Under the pieces are notes generated by a model. That model saw only the letters and a list, made by a program, of their open reading frames with translations. It was not told where the DNA came from and ran no database searches. From a virus: a DNA stretch of 64,000 nucleotides. Position numbers and translations under genes: made by a program. The DNA lies in the IMG/VR virus record IMGVR_UViG_3300045988_034528; one strand, given 5' to 3'. Below are positions 48,544 to 57,736 of the stretch, piece after piece. Position 1 is the stretch's first letter. Each line of letters begins with the position of its first letter.

Positions 48544-49309
48544 TGTTTTTAAATATTAAAGTTAAAGATATAAGATTTAAATCTGTTTTATAAATATAGT
48601 TATCTTCGTTAGATAGAAGTTCCCCAGTGTCACTATTATAAAAACCTATTACATTATTATAAGTATCTGAAGGTAAAGTAAATGTAATTTCTCTTTCAGT
48701 AGATGAGAAAACAAAATTTAAAATATTATCATCTAATATAAAAGGTTCTGCACCTTTAGATGTAATAATATTTATTTGCCTACACTTCTGTGGTAAATTA
48801 GTATCTAAGTTTTTTGTATCTATTCTAATAGAGCATGTCTCACTTTTAAGTGCGTATTCCTCCATATTACTACTAGTTTTAATAGTATTATTTACAATAC
48901 TGTTTCCAACTATAGTAGGAGAATTAGATGCTACTGTAACTTCTACCTTAACATTATTTATATTAGAATCAAGTACAATATAAGAAGAGGTATCTACTAT
49001 TTCAGAAAGAGTTTTAAAAAACTCTTCTTTTGTTTTAATACCATTATTTATCTTATAGTTTTCATAGGTACTATCGGATTTTTCTACTAAATTAGAATCT
49101 TGTATTCCTCCTTTAAACCAGTATTCAACAATAGTATTGTCTTTTTTAATTCCAACAGTTAGACCTACACATCTTTTAGAAGATGTAAGTGCAGTTAATG
49201 CTGCACTTACATTATCATATGGTCCATATCTAAGGTCTAATGAGGGGTAAGGATTAAAGGAGTTATCACTAGCATTAAGTGATATAAGTTCATTTATACT
49301 TACTGCCAT
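48530..49309 (-). CDS. hypothetical protein of the accessory cassette (fibre/decoration-like)
   Basis: 259-aa ORF with an ATG start. The N-terminus LDLRYGPYDNVSAALTAL...GLTVGI...VEYWFKGGI looks like a conserved anchoring domain, followed by an Asn/Ser/Thr-rich beta region. Confidence 0.6.
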   Translation of the reverse strand: MAVSINELISLNASDNSFNPYPSLDLRYGPYDNVSAALTALTSSKRCVGLTVGIKKDNTIVEYWFKGGIQDSNLVEKSDSTYENYKINNGIKTKEEFFKTLSEIVDTSSYIVLDSNINNVKVEVTVASNSPTIVGNSIVNNTIKTSSNMEEYALKSETCSIRIDTKNLDTNLPQKCRQINIITSKGAEPFILDDNILNFVFSSTEREITFTLPSDTYNNVIGFYNSDTGELLSNEDNYIYKTDLNLISLTLIFKNNGNK

Positions 49310-49314
49310 ATCAA

Positions 49315-50094
49315 TTATTTATTTTTAGCCCTTATACTTATCATTTCTGGGATACTTCCTGAATTAATATATGCAAAATAAACATCATAATCTATACCTT
49401 TATAACTACCTCCCTTATTATAAGGAGCAGTTCCTCCTCTTGTATATTTAGAATAATATGCTCCATTAGGAGTTGGGTCTAATGCTGTAAGAGTATTAGG
49501 TTTACTTGAATCATAATAAGTAGAAGTTAGTCCTCCAGAAGTAAATGCTGCATATTGTAATTCTACTTTATCTACAGGAATAATTAAATATGAAAAATAA
49601 CCATCTTGAGGAATAGTAAATTCATTTACAGAATCTCCTATAATAGGTTTAAATTTTGTTTCTGATCTATCTATTAGTTCATTTATAGGAATTGAACAGA
49701 AACTATTAGGGTCCATATATTCCTTAATTACTCCATAATATACTGTATTACTAGGTTTTGTAGTTGTAGTAGGAGTAATTACAGGTGGGGGAGTTGAATT
49801 TCCACCATTGCAACATATACATACACAACAAGGTCTATTATTAGTTGGAAAAGATATTTCACAAGTAGAGCCAAGGAATTGGTATAATAAATCTTGCATC
49901 AGTTTAATATCTTTGTTTGTTATATAATATCTTAGCTCAGTGTGAGTGATTTCATAAATAAAGTCTATAACTAGCATTTTGAATACTACATCATAGCTCT
50001 TATATCCTGTATGAGCCAAGGTTTTGAAATATCTTACTAAAGTATCATACATTAACTCATTCATGACATCCACATCCATTGCTAGGTTTAACAC
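49315..50094 (-). CDS. hypothetical protein with CCVCICC cysteine cluster and Pro/Thr linker
   Basis: 259-aa ORF. The track start at 50094 is GTG; ATGs at 50079, 50064 and 50052 are alternatives. CCVCICC lies at nt 49810-49830, followed by NGGNSTPPPVITPTTTTKPS. Confidence 0.6.
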   Translation of the reverse strand: MLNLAMDVDVMNELMYDTLVRYFKTLAHTGYKSYDVVFKMLVIDFIYEITHTELRYYITNKDIKLMQDLLYQFLGSTCEISFPTNNRPCCVCICCNGGNSTPPPVITPTTTTKPSNTVYYGVIKEYMDPNSFCSIPINELIDRSETKFKPIIGDSVNEFTIPQDGYFSYLIIPVDKVELQYAAFTSGGLTSTYYDSSKPNTLTALDPTPNGAYYSKYTRGGTAPYNKGGSYKGIDYDVYFAYINSGSIPEMISIRAKNK

Positions 50095-50611
50095 TAATGG
50101 AGTTAGTAAATTTCTTCCAATATGTTATAGCTAGTGGGTAGTCTCTAGTTTTAAGACAAATTTGAAATGCTTTATATTTTAGAATAAAATCAATAAAAGC
50201 TCTAGGGATATTACATCTATCATAGGTTTCATTAAGATATTTCAAAGCCTTTCTGTAGATAGGATAAGCATCTACTCCAACTCCTAAAGTAACAGGAGAA
50301 TCTAAACCACAAGGTACATCACAAGAAGGAATTCCTTTTGTAATCACATACACAAAGAACATATTACCTTCCATAGTAGGAACTAATAAATCTGTATTTT
50401 TGATAGTCATTTGTACTCTTTTCTGATTACCAGAAATAGTATGGAAATACACTGGATGTTTACTTATACCATCTTTATTAAAAGTATTTTGTGTATCTAT
50501 TACTATCTTATCTATATATACATCCTTAAAATAAGGCATATCTAGAACAGAACAATCTATATAAAGGCCCTTATTATAAGGGATAACAAATAATTTATTA
50601 AATTCTACCAT
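50057..50611 (-). CDS. hypothetical protein, first gene of the accessory cassette
   Basis: 184-aa ORF with an ATG start. Ends in ...NGCGCHE. Confidence 0.6.
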   Translation of the reverse strand: MVEFNKLFVIPYNKGLYIDCSVLDMPYFKDVYIDKIVIDTQNTFNKDGISKHPVYFHTISGNQKRVQMTIKNTDLLVPTMEGNMFFVYVITKGIPSCDVPCGLDSPVTLGVGVDAYPIYRKALKYLNETYDRCNIPRAFIDFILKYKAFQICLKTRDYPLAITYWKKFTNSISVKPSNGCGCHE

Positions 50612-50623
50612 ATCAAGTTCTTT

Positions 50624-50666
50624 GATTAAAAAAAGTAAGGATGAGGGCTATAAAACCCTCATCCTT
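50624..50666 (-). terminator. Rho-independent terminator after the 349-aa structural gene
   Basis: Perfect 11-bp stem AAGGATGAGGG / CCCTCATCCTT with an 8-nt loop. Followed on the minus strand by ACTTTTTTTAA. Confidence 0.75.
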
Positions 50667-50680
50667 TTATATCTCTAAAG

Positions 50681-51730
50681 TCAGAGAGTTGCAACACTAA
50701 GGCCTGTAGCAGTGTTGAAGGCTGTAATTACCTTATTAAGCTCTTCCTTGTCAGTACATACAATCGTAATAGTCTTTTCAGACTTTTGTACTGATTCATT
50801 ACTACCAACATAAGCATAGTGAATATCAAATACACAGTATGTCTTAGTTGGGTCTACAAGATAAGTAGTAGGTATATTATTAGGCCATCCTACTTGTCTA
50901 TATATATCTCCCCTTTCACCCATACAGAAGTATTCAAGGTCTGCAATAGTTTTACCATTACCAATAGAACCACTTGTGCCTTCTGTCAGAGTAGCCCAAT
51001 GTCTATCATCTCCATTTACAGTTACAGGTACTGATTGTACTGTGAAATAAACAGGAGTTTGAGCCATAACTCCAAGTCTCCAAGGTTGCTCTACTTCTGT
51101 AATTCTAACACTATCAATATCTGTTACTACAGCATCTGTTGCATAATATGGGTTAGTATTATCACTTTTACCATTATCTTTAGTAAGAGGAGTTACTTCC
51201 ATAAAACCATTTGCATCAAACTTGCCTTTAGATTTAGTAGCTTTACTATGTACTTCCACTTTAATTAAAGGTGTAACTTCTCTACTAAAATTCTTAGCAA
51301 GAGATAGGGCTAATATTTTATAGAAAGTATCTGCATCCATTCCAGCATAAGCATGGACCATACCATACTTGAAGTACTGGTCTTCATCAGACATACCTAC
51401 ATATTGCTTGAATGCGATTCTTAAGATATAATCCTGTCCTGCAACAGGAGCACCACCATTGATATTTGAATCAAGAGCTACAGTTACTGACTTAAGACTA
51501 TGTGCCATAGCAGTTGCATTAGTAGCCTTTGCATAAAGAATATTCTTTATATCAATTAGGTCACTTCTCATTAAGTTATCAGCACCCTTGTACTCAAAAT
51601 ACAGATGACTCTTGGCATTATCATTCTTTACTGCAATAGAACCAGCAGTATCTGAAGCAAGTACATGAGAAGTCTTTAATGCTGTTGCTACATAAAGTTG
51701 TCTTACTTGATTTACACTAAATGTCGCCAT
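50681..51730 (-). CDS. abundant-type virion structural protein (auxiliary capsid or connector protein)
   Basis: 349-aa ORF with its own strong terminator, in the conserved block downstream of the MCP. No motif recognised. Confidence 0.55.
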   Translation of the reverse strand: MATFSVNQVRQLYVATALKTSHVLASDTAGSIAVKNDNAKSHLYFEYKGADNLMRSDLIDIKNILYAKATNATAMAHSLKSVTVALDSNINGGAPVAGQDYILRIAFKQYVGMSDEDQYFKYGMVHAYAGMDADTFYKILALSLAKNFSREVTPLIKVEVHSKATKSKGKFDANGFMEVTPLTKDNGKSDNTNPYYATDAVVTDIDSVRITEVEQPWRLGVMAQTPVYFTVQSVPVTVNGDDRHWATLTEGTSGSIGNGKTIADLEYFCMGERGDIYRQVGWPNNIPTTYLVDPTKTYCVFDIHYAYVGSNESVQKSEKTITIVCTDKEELNKVITAFNTATGLSVATL

Positions 51731-51761
51731 TTTAATTTAAAATTAAATTATACAATAGATT

Positions 51762-52457
51762 TTATTTTCCTGTATTTGGAACCCTACTTATGATGGCAAG
51801 CCTAACTGCTCTCTCAAGTATTGCTCTATGTATTACAGGGTTCAGTCCACATTCTGTTTTTTTATTGATACCATTGATTGATAAATCATTTGGTAAGTCA
51901 TTCAGTATAATTGGGTTTGGTCTTGAAAGGTATCTAACAAGATAATTAGCCACATTATACTTTGAAACTATTTCAACTGCCTCTTCATTAGGGTCAAGTC
52001 TTAAGGCTCTCCTATCATTAGGACCCCTAAATGGATTTTTCCTTATTCTATGATACTCATCCTGTGTAACAGGAGTTACACAAACATCTTCTCCACTCTT
52101 ACATCCTAATCCATCATCTTTCAAATCAACTGCCTCATAGGTTATAAACCACAAATCATCAGGCAGCTTAAAAAATACTGAGTGTTTAGATAGTCCCTTA
52201 TATGTAGTTTCCTTAACAGAGGTAGTGTAAGTTTTAATTAGGCTGCTCAAGTATCTTCTGACTTCTTCATTCTTCTCAAATGAGTCTCCAAATGTATTCT
52301 TACCATTGTACATATCTATTACCACATCTTCTTGTGCTTTAGTGAGAAAGACTGACTTCTCATATTCATCTAGCTCAATGGTATTAGGGGTTTCCTCTGT
52401 TGTAGAGTAGCTATTCAGTAAGGCATCAAACTCATTAGAAAATTCTTCAGTAGTCAT
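51762..52457 (-). CDS. virion structural protein, paralogue B of a tandem pair
   Basis: MTTEEFSNEFDALLN...LDEYEKSVFLTKAQEDVV...RPNPIILNDL...HRAILERAVRLA aligns along its full length with the upstream gene. Confidence 0.6.
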   Translation of the reverse strand: MTTEEFSNEFDALLNSYSTTEETPNTIELDEYEKSVFLTKAQEDVVIDMYNGKNTFGDSFEKNEEVRRYLSSLIKTYTTSVKETTYKGLSKHSVFFKLPDDLWFITYEAVDLKDDGLGCKSGEDVCVTPVTQDEYHRIRKNPFRGPNDRRALRLDPNEEAVEIVSKYNVANYLVRYLSRPNPIILNDLPNDLSINGINKKTECGLNPVIHRAILERAVRLAIISRVPNTGK

Positions 52458-53188
52458 TATTCAGTTCTTTGTCCTAATTCAACATAGCTTTTTAGGTCTC
52501 CTGCATAAGCAACTTTAGCAAGCTCTACTGCTCTTTGTAATATCTCAGGATGTATCTCAGGGCCTAGTTCACAACCCATTTCATTTGTTTCATTATTAAT
52601 TGACAAGCCACTTCCATCAAGACTTTCAAGTATGATAGGATTAGGATGCTTAACATATCTTATGTGATAGCCATTAGGACTAACACTATTAAGATGTCCT
52701 ACAATCAAATTAATGTCATTTTCCCCATTGATTATTCTCCATGCCTGATTCTTCAAAGGTTGTTTGTAAGGCTTAGATGATACTCTAAGATATTCATCAT
52801 ACTTTATAGGTATGATCTGTAATCTGTATTTCCCACTTTCACCTTTCTTTGTAACATCTACAACCTCATTTACTACTACAAAAACATCATTAGGCCAAGT
52901 AATCTTGTATGCACCAGTTACATTTCCAAAGAATGATGTAGGAGTAGGGGCAGTACCAGAGGAAACATAAGTCTTCATAAGTTTAGAGAAGTCCACTTGC
53001 CTCTTCTGAGAACTATCAAAACCCTCCTGATACTTATTGCCTTTAGGATTAAAGTAGTTCTTAATAATCTCACTCTGAGCCTTAGTTAGGAAGACTGACT
53101 TCTCATATTCATTTAAGCCTGGAGCTTGGTTAGACATTATATTGTTGTATAGAACATCAAACTCATTTGAAAATTCCTGTATAGTCAT
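52457..53188 (-). CDS. virion structural protein, paralogue A of a tandem pair
   Basis: MTIQEFSNEFDVLYN...LNEYEKSVFLTKAQSEII...HPNPIILESL...HPEILQRAVELA. TAATG-coupled to paralogue B. Confidence 0.6.
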   Translation of the reverse strand: MTIQEFSNEFDVLYNNIMSNQAPGLNEYEKSVFLTKAQSEIIKNYFNPKGNKYQEGFDSSQKRQVDFSKLMKTYVSSGTAPTPTSFFGNVTGAYKITWPNDVFVVVNEVVDVTKKGESGKYRLQIIPIKYDEYLRVSSKPYKQPLKNQAWRIINGENDINLIVGHLNSVSPNGYHIRYVKHPNPIILESLDGSGLSINNETNEMGCELGPEIHPEILQRAVELAKVAYAGDLKSYVELGQRTE

Positions 53189-53189
53189 A

Positions 53190-54215
53190 TTACTTTAGTT
53201 TAGCCTCCAATGCAAACTTTACTTCTTGATGCCTAGGAGAGTTCAAGTACTTAGCTGTTATATTAAGAGTAGGCTCTTCATTTGCCTCACACAGAGGAGA
53301 ATTATCAGACCTCAAATATAGGTAATTGCCTCTATTGGAAATTAAGCCAGCTTCTATAGCCTTCTTAATAAGGACCTTTGTAGGAAGCATTGGGTCAGTA
53401 ATTACTCTTAAGAATATCTTACTATCATGCTGTATAAGCTCATTAGCCTTAGTCTGTAAGAACTCTAACTTAGCAGTCTTAGATGTAGGTCTGCCATCTA
53501 TTGTTTCTACAATAACCCTCAGAGTATCAAAATCATCTTCAATTTTTCCAAACTCCTTGTAGCATCTCATTGTAGCACTCATATTACTCTTGGCAGTCTT
53601 AGTCTCCTCTCCTTCTGAGATAATAACAAACTGATAAGTAGCTTTTGGAGTATCTTGTAGTGCCTGCAATGAAGGGGCAATATAATCCTTATTAGCTAAT
53701 AATATCTTATATCTAATGTAGTCTTCTGGGTCAGATAGATTGAAGTAGTTATCCTGCTTAGTTAGTCTAACTTTGTTGATTCCATTCTCATTGCTATCAT
53801 CCCAAAAGTTATCTACCTTCTTGTAGATGCTTAGGGCATTATACTCTAACCCCATAATCTCTTCAAGGAATGTCTTTTCCTTATCTGTAAGAACATTGAT
53901 AAACATACCTGAAGCTAGTCTAGGAACTACAAAGGTTCTGCTAGCTCCTTCTGCCATACCTCCTGCAAGGATGTGCTTAGGGTTATTACCCCACATACCA
54001 GTCAGTTTAGGCACATGTCTTACAATAATTCTCTCATTCCTTAAACAGCTAACTAATTGGTCTGAGGGTTCTTCAATTTTTCTAGACCTTTTAGGTCTTT
54101 CAGGGTCAACTTTATTGACCTTTACTTCTTGTAAAGGTGTTTCCATATCAGCACTATCCAAGTCAAAATCAGGTGCTGTATAATTTACCTTCTCCTCCAT
54201 TTTTTCTTTTGACAT
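53190..54215 (-). CDS. hypothetical head-module protein
   Basis: 341-aa ORF directly after the MCP terminator. AAGGAG lies 5 nt upstream of the ATG. Confidence 0.6.
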   Translation of the reverse strand: MSKEKMEEKVNYTAPDFDLDSADMETPLQEVKVNKVDPERPKRSRKIEEPSDQLVSCLRNERIIVRHVPKLTGMWGNNPKHILAGGMAEGASRTFVVPRLASGMFINVLTDKEKTFLEEIMGLEYNALSIYKKVDNFWDDSNENGINKVRLTKQDNYFNLSDPEDYIRYKILLANKDYIAPSLQALQDTPKATYQFVIISEGEETKTAKSNMSATMRCYKEFGKIEDDFDTLRVIVETIDGRPTSKTAKLEFLQTKANELIQHDSKIFLRVITDPMLPTKVLIKKAIEAGLISNRGNYLYLRSDNSPLCEANEEPTLNITAKYLNSPRHQEVKFALEAKLK

Positions 54216-54230
54216 AACTTCTCCTTAGTT

Positions 54231-54271
54231 TATAGAAAGAAAGGGGAGAAGGAGAGTAGTCTCCTCTCCCC
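54231..54271 (-). terminator. Rho-independent terminator after the major capsid gene
   Basis: GGGGAGAGGAGA-CTAC-TCTCCTTCTCCCC (one bulge) followed by TTTCTTTCT on the minus strand, 11 nt after the MCP stop. Confidence 0.75.
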
Positions 54272-54281
54272 TTTAGAATTA

Positions 54282-55793
54282 TTAACCCTGTAGAATTGCA
54301 GGGATTAGTGACATAGTTCTTGTTGGGTCAAGAACACAGATACCAAGAGTAGCCATTCTGTGGATTACAGCAGAATCCTCATCAAATGACATATAAGGAT
54401 TACCCTTTTGACCTGTGAATGGGTTTCTTAGACCCCATTGATAACCTCTATATTCATTATCACCCTTAATCTTACACTTAAAGATATTAGGTTGGTCCAT
54501 AGTACCAATGTACATAATATCATATCTGTAAGAGAAAGCTACACCTCCATTTGGATGGAGAATCTTGTTTCTTACTGGGTCATCATAGAATGGGTCTACA
54601 TCAATCTTAACCCTTACTCCATTAGGAGCTTTGTATTCTACAAATTGGAAACCAGCACTTAGTGAGTTCTGATGAAGTTGTGACTGAGTCTTCTGTACAA
54701 CTCCAATAGAGTTGTTATCAAGAACAAACTGAGTCCAACCTGATACAGTCTTAAGTACTTCCTTATGGAATTGGATAGCACCTCTTTCACCAGTCTTAAT
54801 AAGGAAGTATCTGTCACCAAAGTCTAGCTTAGAAGCAGAAAGCTCATATAGAGCATCTTCAAGAAGCTTCAAGCTAAATGTGTTGTAATACATAGTATTA
54901 GCAACTTCCATTTGCTCAAATAAGCCAGCACCTGTCTTAATAACATTACCCGACTTACCAAAGTTCATGTACTCACCATTCTGATTTCTGTTGCTTCTAC
55001 CAAATGCAAGTGCATTGTTCTTATATTCAGAGAACTGACACTCTACTTCCCATTCTACATTGTGCATCCACATTGTAGCAACTGACTTAGTGTATCTACC
55101 CTCTGTTTCCTTAGTGATAGGAATACCAACAGCCAGCTTCTTATTTAGCATAGAACCTGGAACCTTATGTTGGATTCTAACTACAGACCACTCATTTCTC
55201 ATAGAGACAGGAGAACTAAATCTGACATCCCCCACCTTTCTAGATAATTCTTTTTCTACAAATGCAGCCTCAACTGAGAATCTCTCACCTGCAAGTAGTC
55301 TCTCAGCAGGAACTCCTACTGTGTTACCTCCAGCAAGTTCTACCTTATAAACTGCATTAGTACCCTCCATTCTTGGGTCTCCTAGGATTCTGAATTGATA
55401 GATTTCATTCAGATTACCTACAATGTACTCACCATCAGCAAACCAATCCTCAGGGAATACTAGATAGAAAGGTGCAGTACCTACACCAACCATTCCTGAA
55501 TTATCAGTTATAGGTGTACCATTCTCATCTCTTGCCTCTACAAGAGGAATGTTTCTTCTTGAAGAACCAATAACATCCCAGTAATACTCATTGTCATCCT
55601 CAAATTCTCTTGTTGGGAATTGGTTTAGGAATGTATCAAGGGTCTTTCCTCTGTAGTAAGCTAACAGTTGCACCATTAGGTTTGTGGCCTTTTGTGGAGC
55701 TAACTGAAAGACAGAACCAAGGTGATTTTCCTTAGTAAGTCCCTTCCAGTGCTGGAAGCCTACCATTTGAAACTTACCTAATTTTCCAGCCAT
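54282..55793 (-). CDS. Major capsid protein (crAss-type HK97-fold MCP)
   Basis: 503-aa ORF in the expected position between a scaffold-like gene and the connector genes. It is followed by a strong terminator, which may indicate an abundant message. The N-terminus MAGKLGKFQMVGFQHWKGL... and the size fit crAss MCPs. The fold was not verifiable by eye. Confidence 0.7.
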   Translation of the reverse strand: MAGKLGKFQMVGFQHWKGLTKENHLGSVFQLAPQKATNLMVQLLAYYRGKTLDTFLNQFPTREFEDDNEYYWDVIGSSRRNIPLVEARDENGTPITDNSGMVGVGTAPFYLVFPEDWFADGEYIVGNLNEIYQFRILGDPRMEGTNAVYKVELAGGNTVGVPAERLLAGERFSVEAAFVEKELSRKVGDVRFSSPVSMRNEWSVVRIQHKVPGSMLNKKLAVGIPITKETEGRYTKSVATMWMHNVEWEVECQFSEYKNNALAFGRSNRNQNGEYMNFGKSGNVIKTGAGLFEQMEVANTMYYNTFSLKLLEDALYELSASKLDFGDRYFLIKTGERGAIQFHKEVLKTVSGWTQFVLDNNSIGVVQKTQSQLHQNSLSAGFQFVEYKAPNGVRVKIDVDPFYDDPVRNKILHPNGGVAFSYRYDIMYIGTMDQPNIFKCKIKGDNEYRGYQWGLRNPFTGQKGNPYMSFDEDSAVIHRMATLGICVLDPTRTMSLIPAILQG

Positions 55794-55803
55794 TTTAATT
55801 TAA

Positions 55804-56532
55804 TTAAAAGTTATTTATATCATCTAGTGTGAAAGACTTAATATTCTTATTATCGAATAATAATTTATTTGAGGAACTAACAAAGTCCATAACTAATATA
55901 GGAACCAGAGCTACTATATATTTATCTGGGTCTTCAAAGAAAGCCTTAAATTTTGACTTACTATTATAAGTAGAGCACTTTTGAAAATTACCTTTTATAT
56001 CAATGTAATCAGCGTTCTCCTCTAGAAAGAGAGGGAGATAACCACAAGATGTAAACTGCATAACTACATAATTATCGTTATACAATCTAAATCTTATTTC
56101 TTTCACATATTTTTCTATATCAGTTTTGGTAAATTTTACGTATTTTTGTGGAATAAGAGGTCCATCTTGTTCTACATTTTCAGCCTTATTTAAGGTAATC
56201 CCATTAGGAGCATAAGCAATGTACAAACCTTGCTGAAGATTTATAACTTCATCTTTTCCACTCCAAAATCCTAAAAAGTCACTTGATAAATCAGCCTTAG
56301 TAAAAGACCCAATATTTCCCCCTTTTATCTCTACGGAGACTTGTTTAGCATAATTACGAATTAATCTTATTCCTTTAGGAATTTCACATAGTATTCCTTC
56401 TGTAGAAGGAATAGCATAAATTCCAATATCTGTTGTTAATTTAGAATCTGGTCTAACAAACAGATTTTTCTGCTTCTCAGGATAGGCGACTCTTTTTTTT
56501 TCTTCCTCAGATATTAATTTTATTCTTTCCAT
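55804..56532 (-). CDS. hypothetical protein between scaffold-like gene and MCP
   Basis: 242-aa ORF with an ATG start. Confidence 0.55.
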   Translation of the reverse strand: MERIKLISEEEKKRVAYPEKQKNLFVRPDSKLTTDIGIYAIPSTEGILCEIPKGIRLIRNYAKQVSVEIKGGNIGSFTKADLSSDFLGFWSGKDEVINLQQGLYIAYAPNGITLNKAENVEQDGPLIPQKYVKFTKTDIEKYVKEIRFRLYNDNYVVMQFTSCGYLPLFLEENADYIDIKGNFQKCSTYNSKSKFKAFFEDPDKYIVALVPILVMDFVSSSNKLLFDNKNIKSFTLDDINNF

Positions 56533-56534
56533 AT

Positions 56535-57701
56535 TTATATATCAAGTTTCCAACCCTTTCCAATAAAGGATTCAGGGTCCTCATCAACTCCACTCACAAA
56601 CTTCAGATTACCATCTGAGGTTCTTGCAGTGTTGTTAAGAGTATTTTCCAGCTCTCTAAGACCTTTGTTTACTTCTTTCTTTACTTTACCTTTTACTAAA
56701 CCATCAAGATTCTTAAAGCCATCAGTTAGTGTGAAAAGTAGCCCAATGTTCTTTAGAAAGTCTGTTCTGTTCTCCATCTCATACTTTTGGATAGCAGTAA
56801 AGTACTCTCCTGTCTCTGGATCTTTATAAACAGGCTTTGATATATTATCATATATCCTTTGCCTAGTGGATTTATCCACAGATAAATCCCCAAAAACTTC
56901 CTTATCATTAAGGATAGATGTCTTCAGCTTTTCAGCCTGTTCTTTCCTTTCTCTCTCTTCTTGTTCTGCTTCTGACTTAGCATCATTAACAAGCTCATCA
57001 TACTTATTTCTGAAGAAGTCAATATTACTTTGCAAAGCCTCTTTTGCATCATCAATATCAGTACCAGCATTGAAAGACTTCTGTACCTCTCTTGTAGCTC
57101 TTTCCTTGCTATAACCTCTATTGATAAAATCTTGATAGATTAAATCTTTTCTAAGTTTCTCACCCTTATCACTCTCATCAGAGATAGACTCTTCCTTAAT
57201 ATTATCAAGGAAGTAAATTGTATTTTCATATTTCTTAATCTCTGTAGGCTCTACTCCAGCATTCAAGGCTTCATCAACTCTTTTCTGTCTTTCATCAAGA
57301 CCAGCTTTTATTTGCTGCTCAATTAAGTCTCTGAAGTCTTCAGGATCTTTAATCTTAGAATAAGACTCATCATCAAGGTCAGGGAAGATACCCTCCTCCT
57401 TCAAGGCTTTGGCAATGGAAGAGTAGAAGTTTTTGGGAGAAGTACCAACACTTTTAGGAGAGGTATCTTCCTTTTCCTCTTTATTATCTTTTCCACTACC
57501 TACGCTCTCTGGTTCAGTAAATAAAGTATCTACATCAACCTCAGTAGTTTCATCTTTTTCTTTGCTATTAGGTTTCTTTTCAGAACCATCTTCTCCATCA
57601 TCTTTACTAGGAGGTGGAGTCTCCTGTGTATCATCTTCTACAAACAGATTATCTATTTCCTCTGCTCCTAAGATGTTATCTAAGCTAAGTTCCTCTTCCA
57701 T
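56535..57701 (-). CDS. acidic coiled-coil protein, scaffold-like
   Basis: 388 aa with a strongly acidic Glu/Asp/Lys-rich N-terminal third and long helical-looking stretches. First gene after promoter motif 57737-57744 and upstream of the MCP. Confidence 0.45.
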   Translation of the reverse strand: MEEELSLDNILGAEEIDNLFVEDDTQETPPPSKDDGEDGSEKKPNSKEKDETTEVDVDTLFTEPESVGSGKDNKEEKEDTSPKSVGTSPKNFYSSIAKALKEEGIFPDLDDESYSKIKDPEDFRDLIEQQIKAGLDERQKRVDEALNAGVEPTEIKKYENTIYFLDNIKEESISDESDKGEKLRKDLIYQDFINRGYSKERATREVQKSFNAGTDIDDAKEALQSNIDFFRNKYDELVNDAKSEAEQEERERKEQAEKLKTSILNDKEVFGDLSVDKSTRQRIYDNISKPVYKDPETGEYFTAIQKYEMENRTDFLKNIGLLFTLTDGFKNLDGLVKGKVKKEVNKGLRELENTLNNTARTSDGNLKFVSGVDEDPESFIGKGWKLDI

Positions 57702-57736
57702 ATACTTCTCGTCTTAGTGTTAATCTTAAACAGGTG

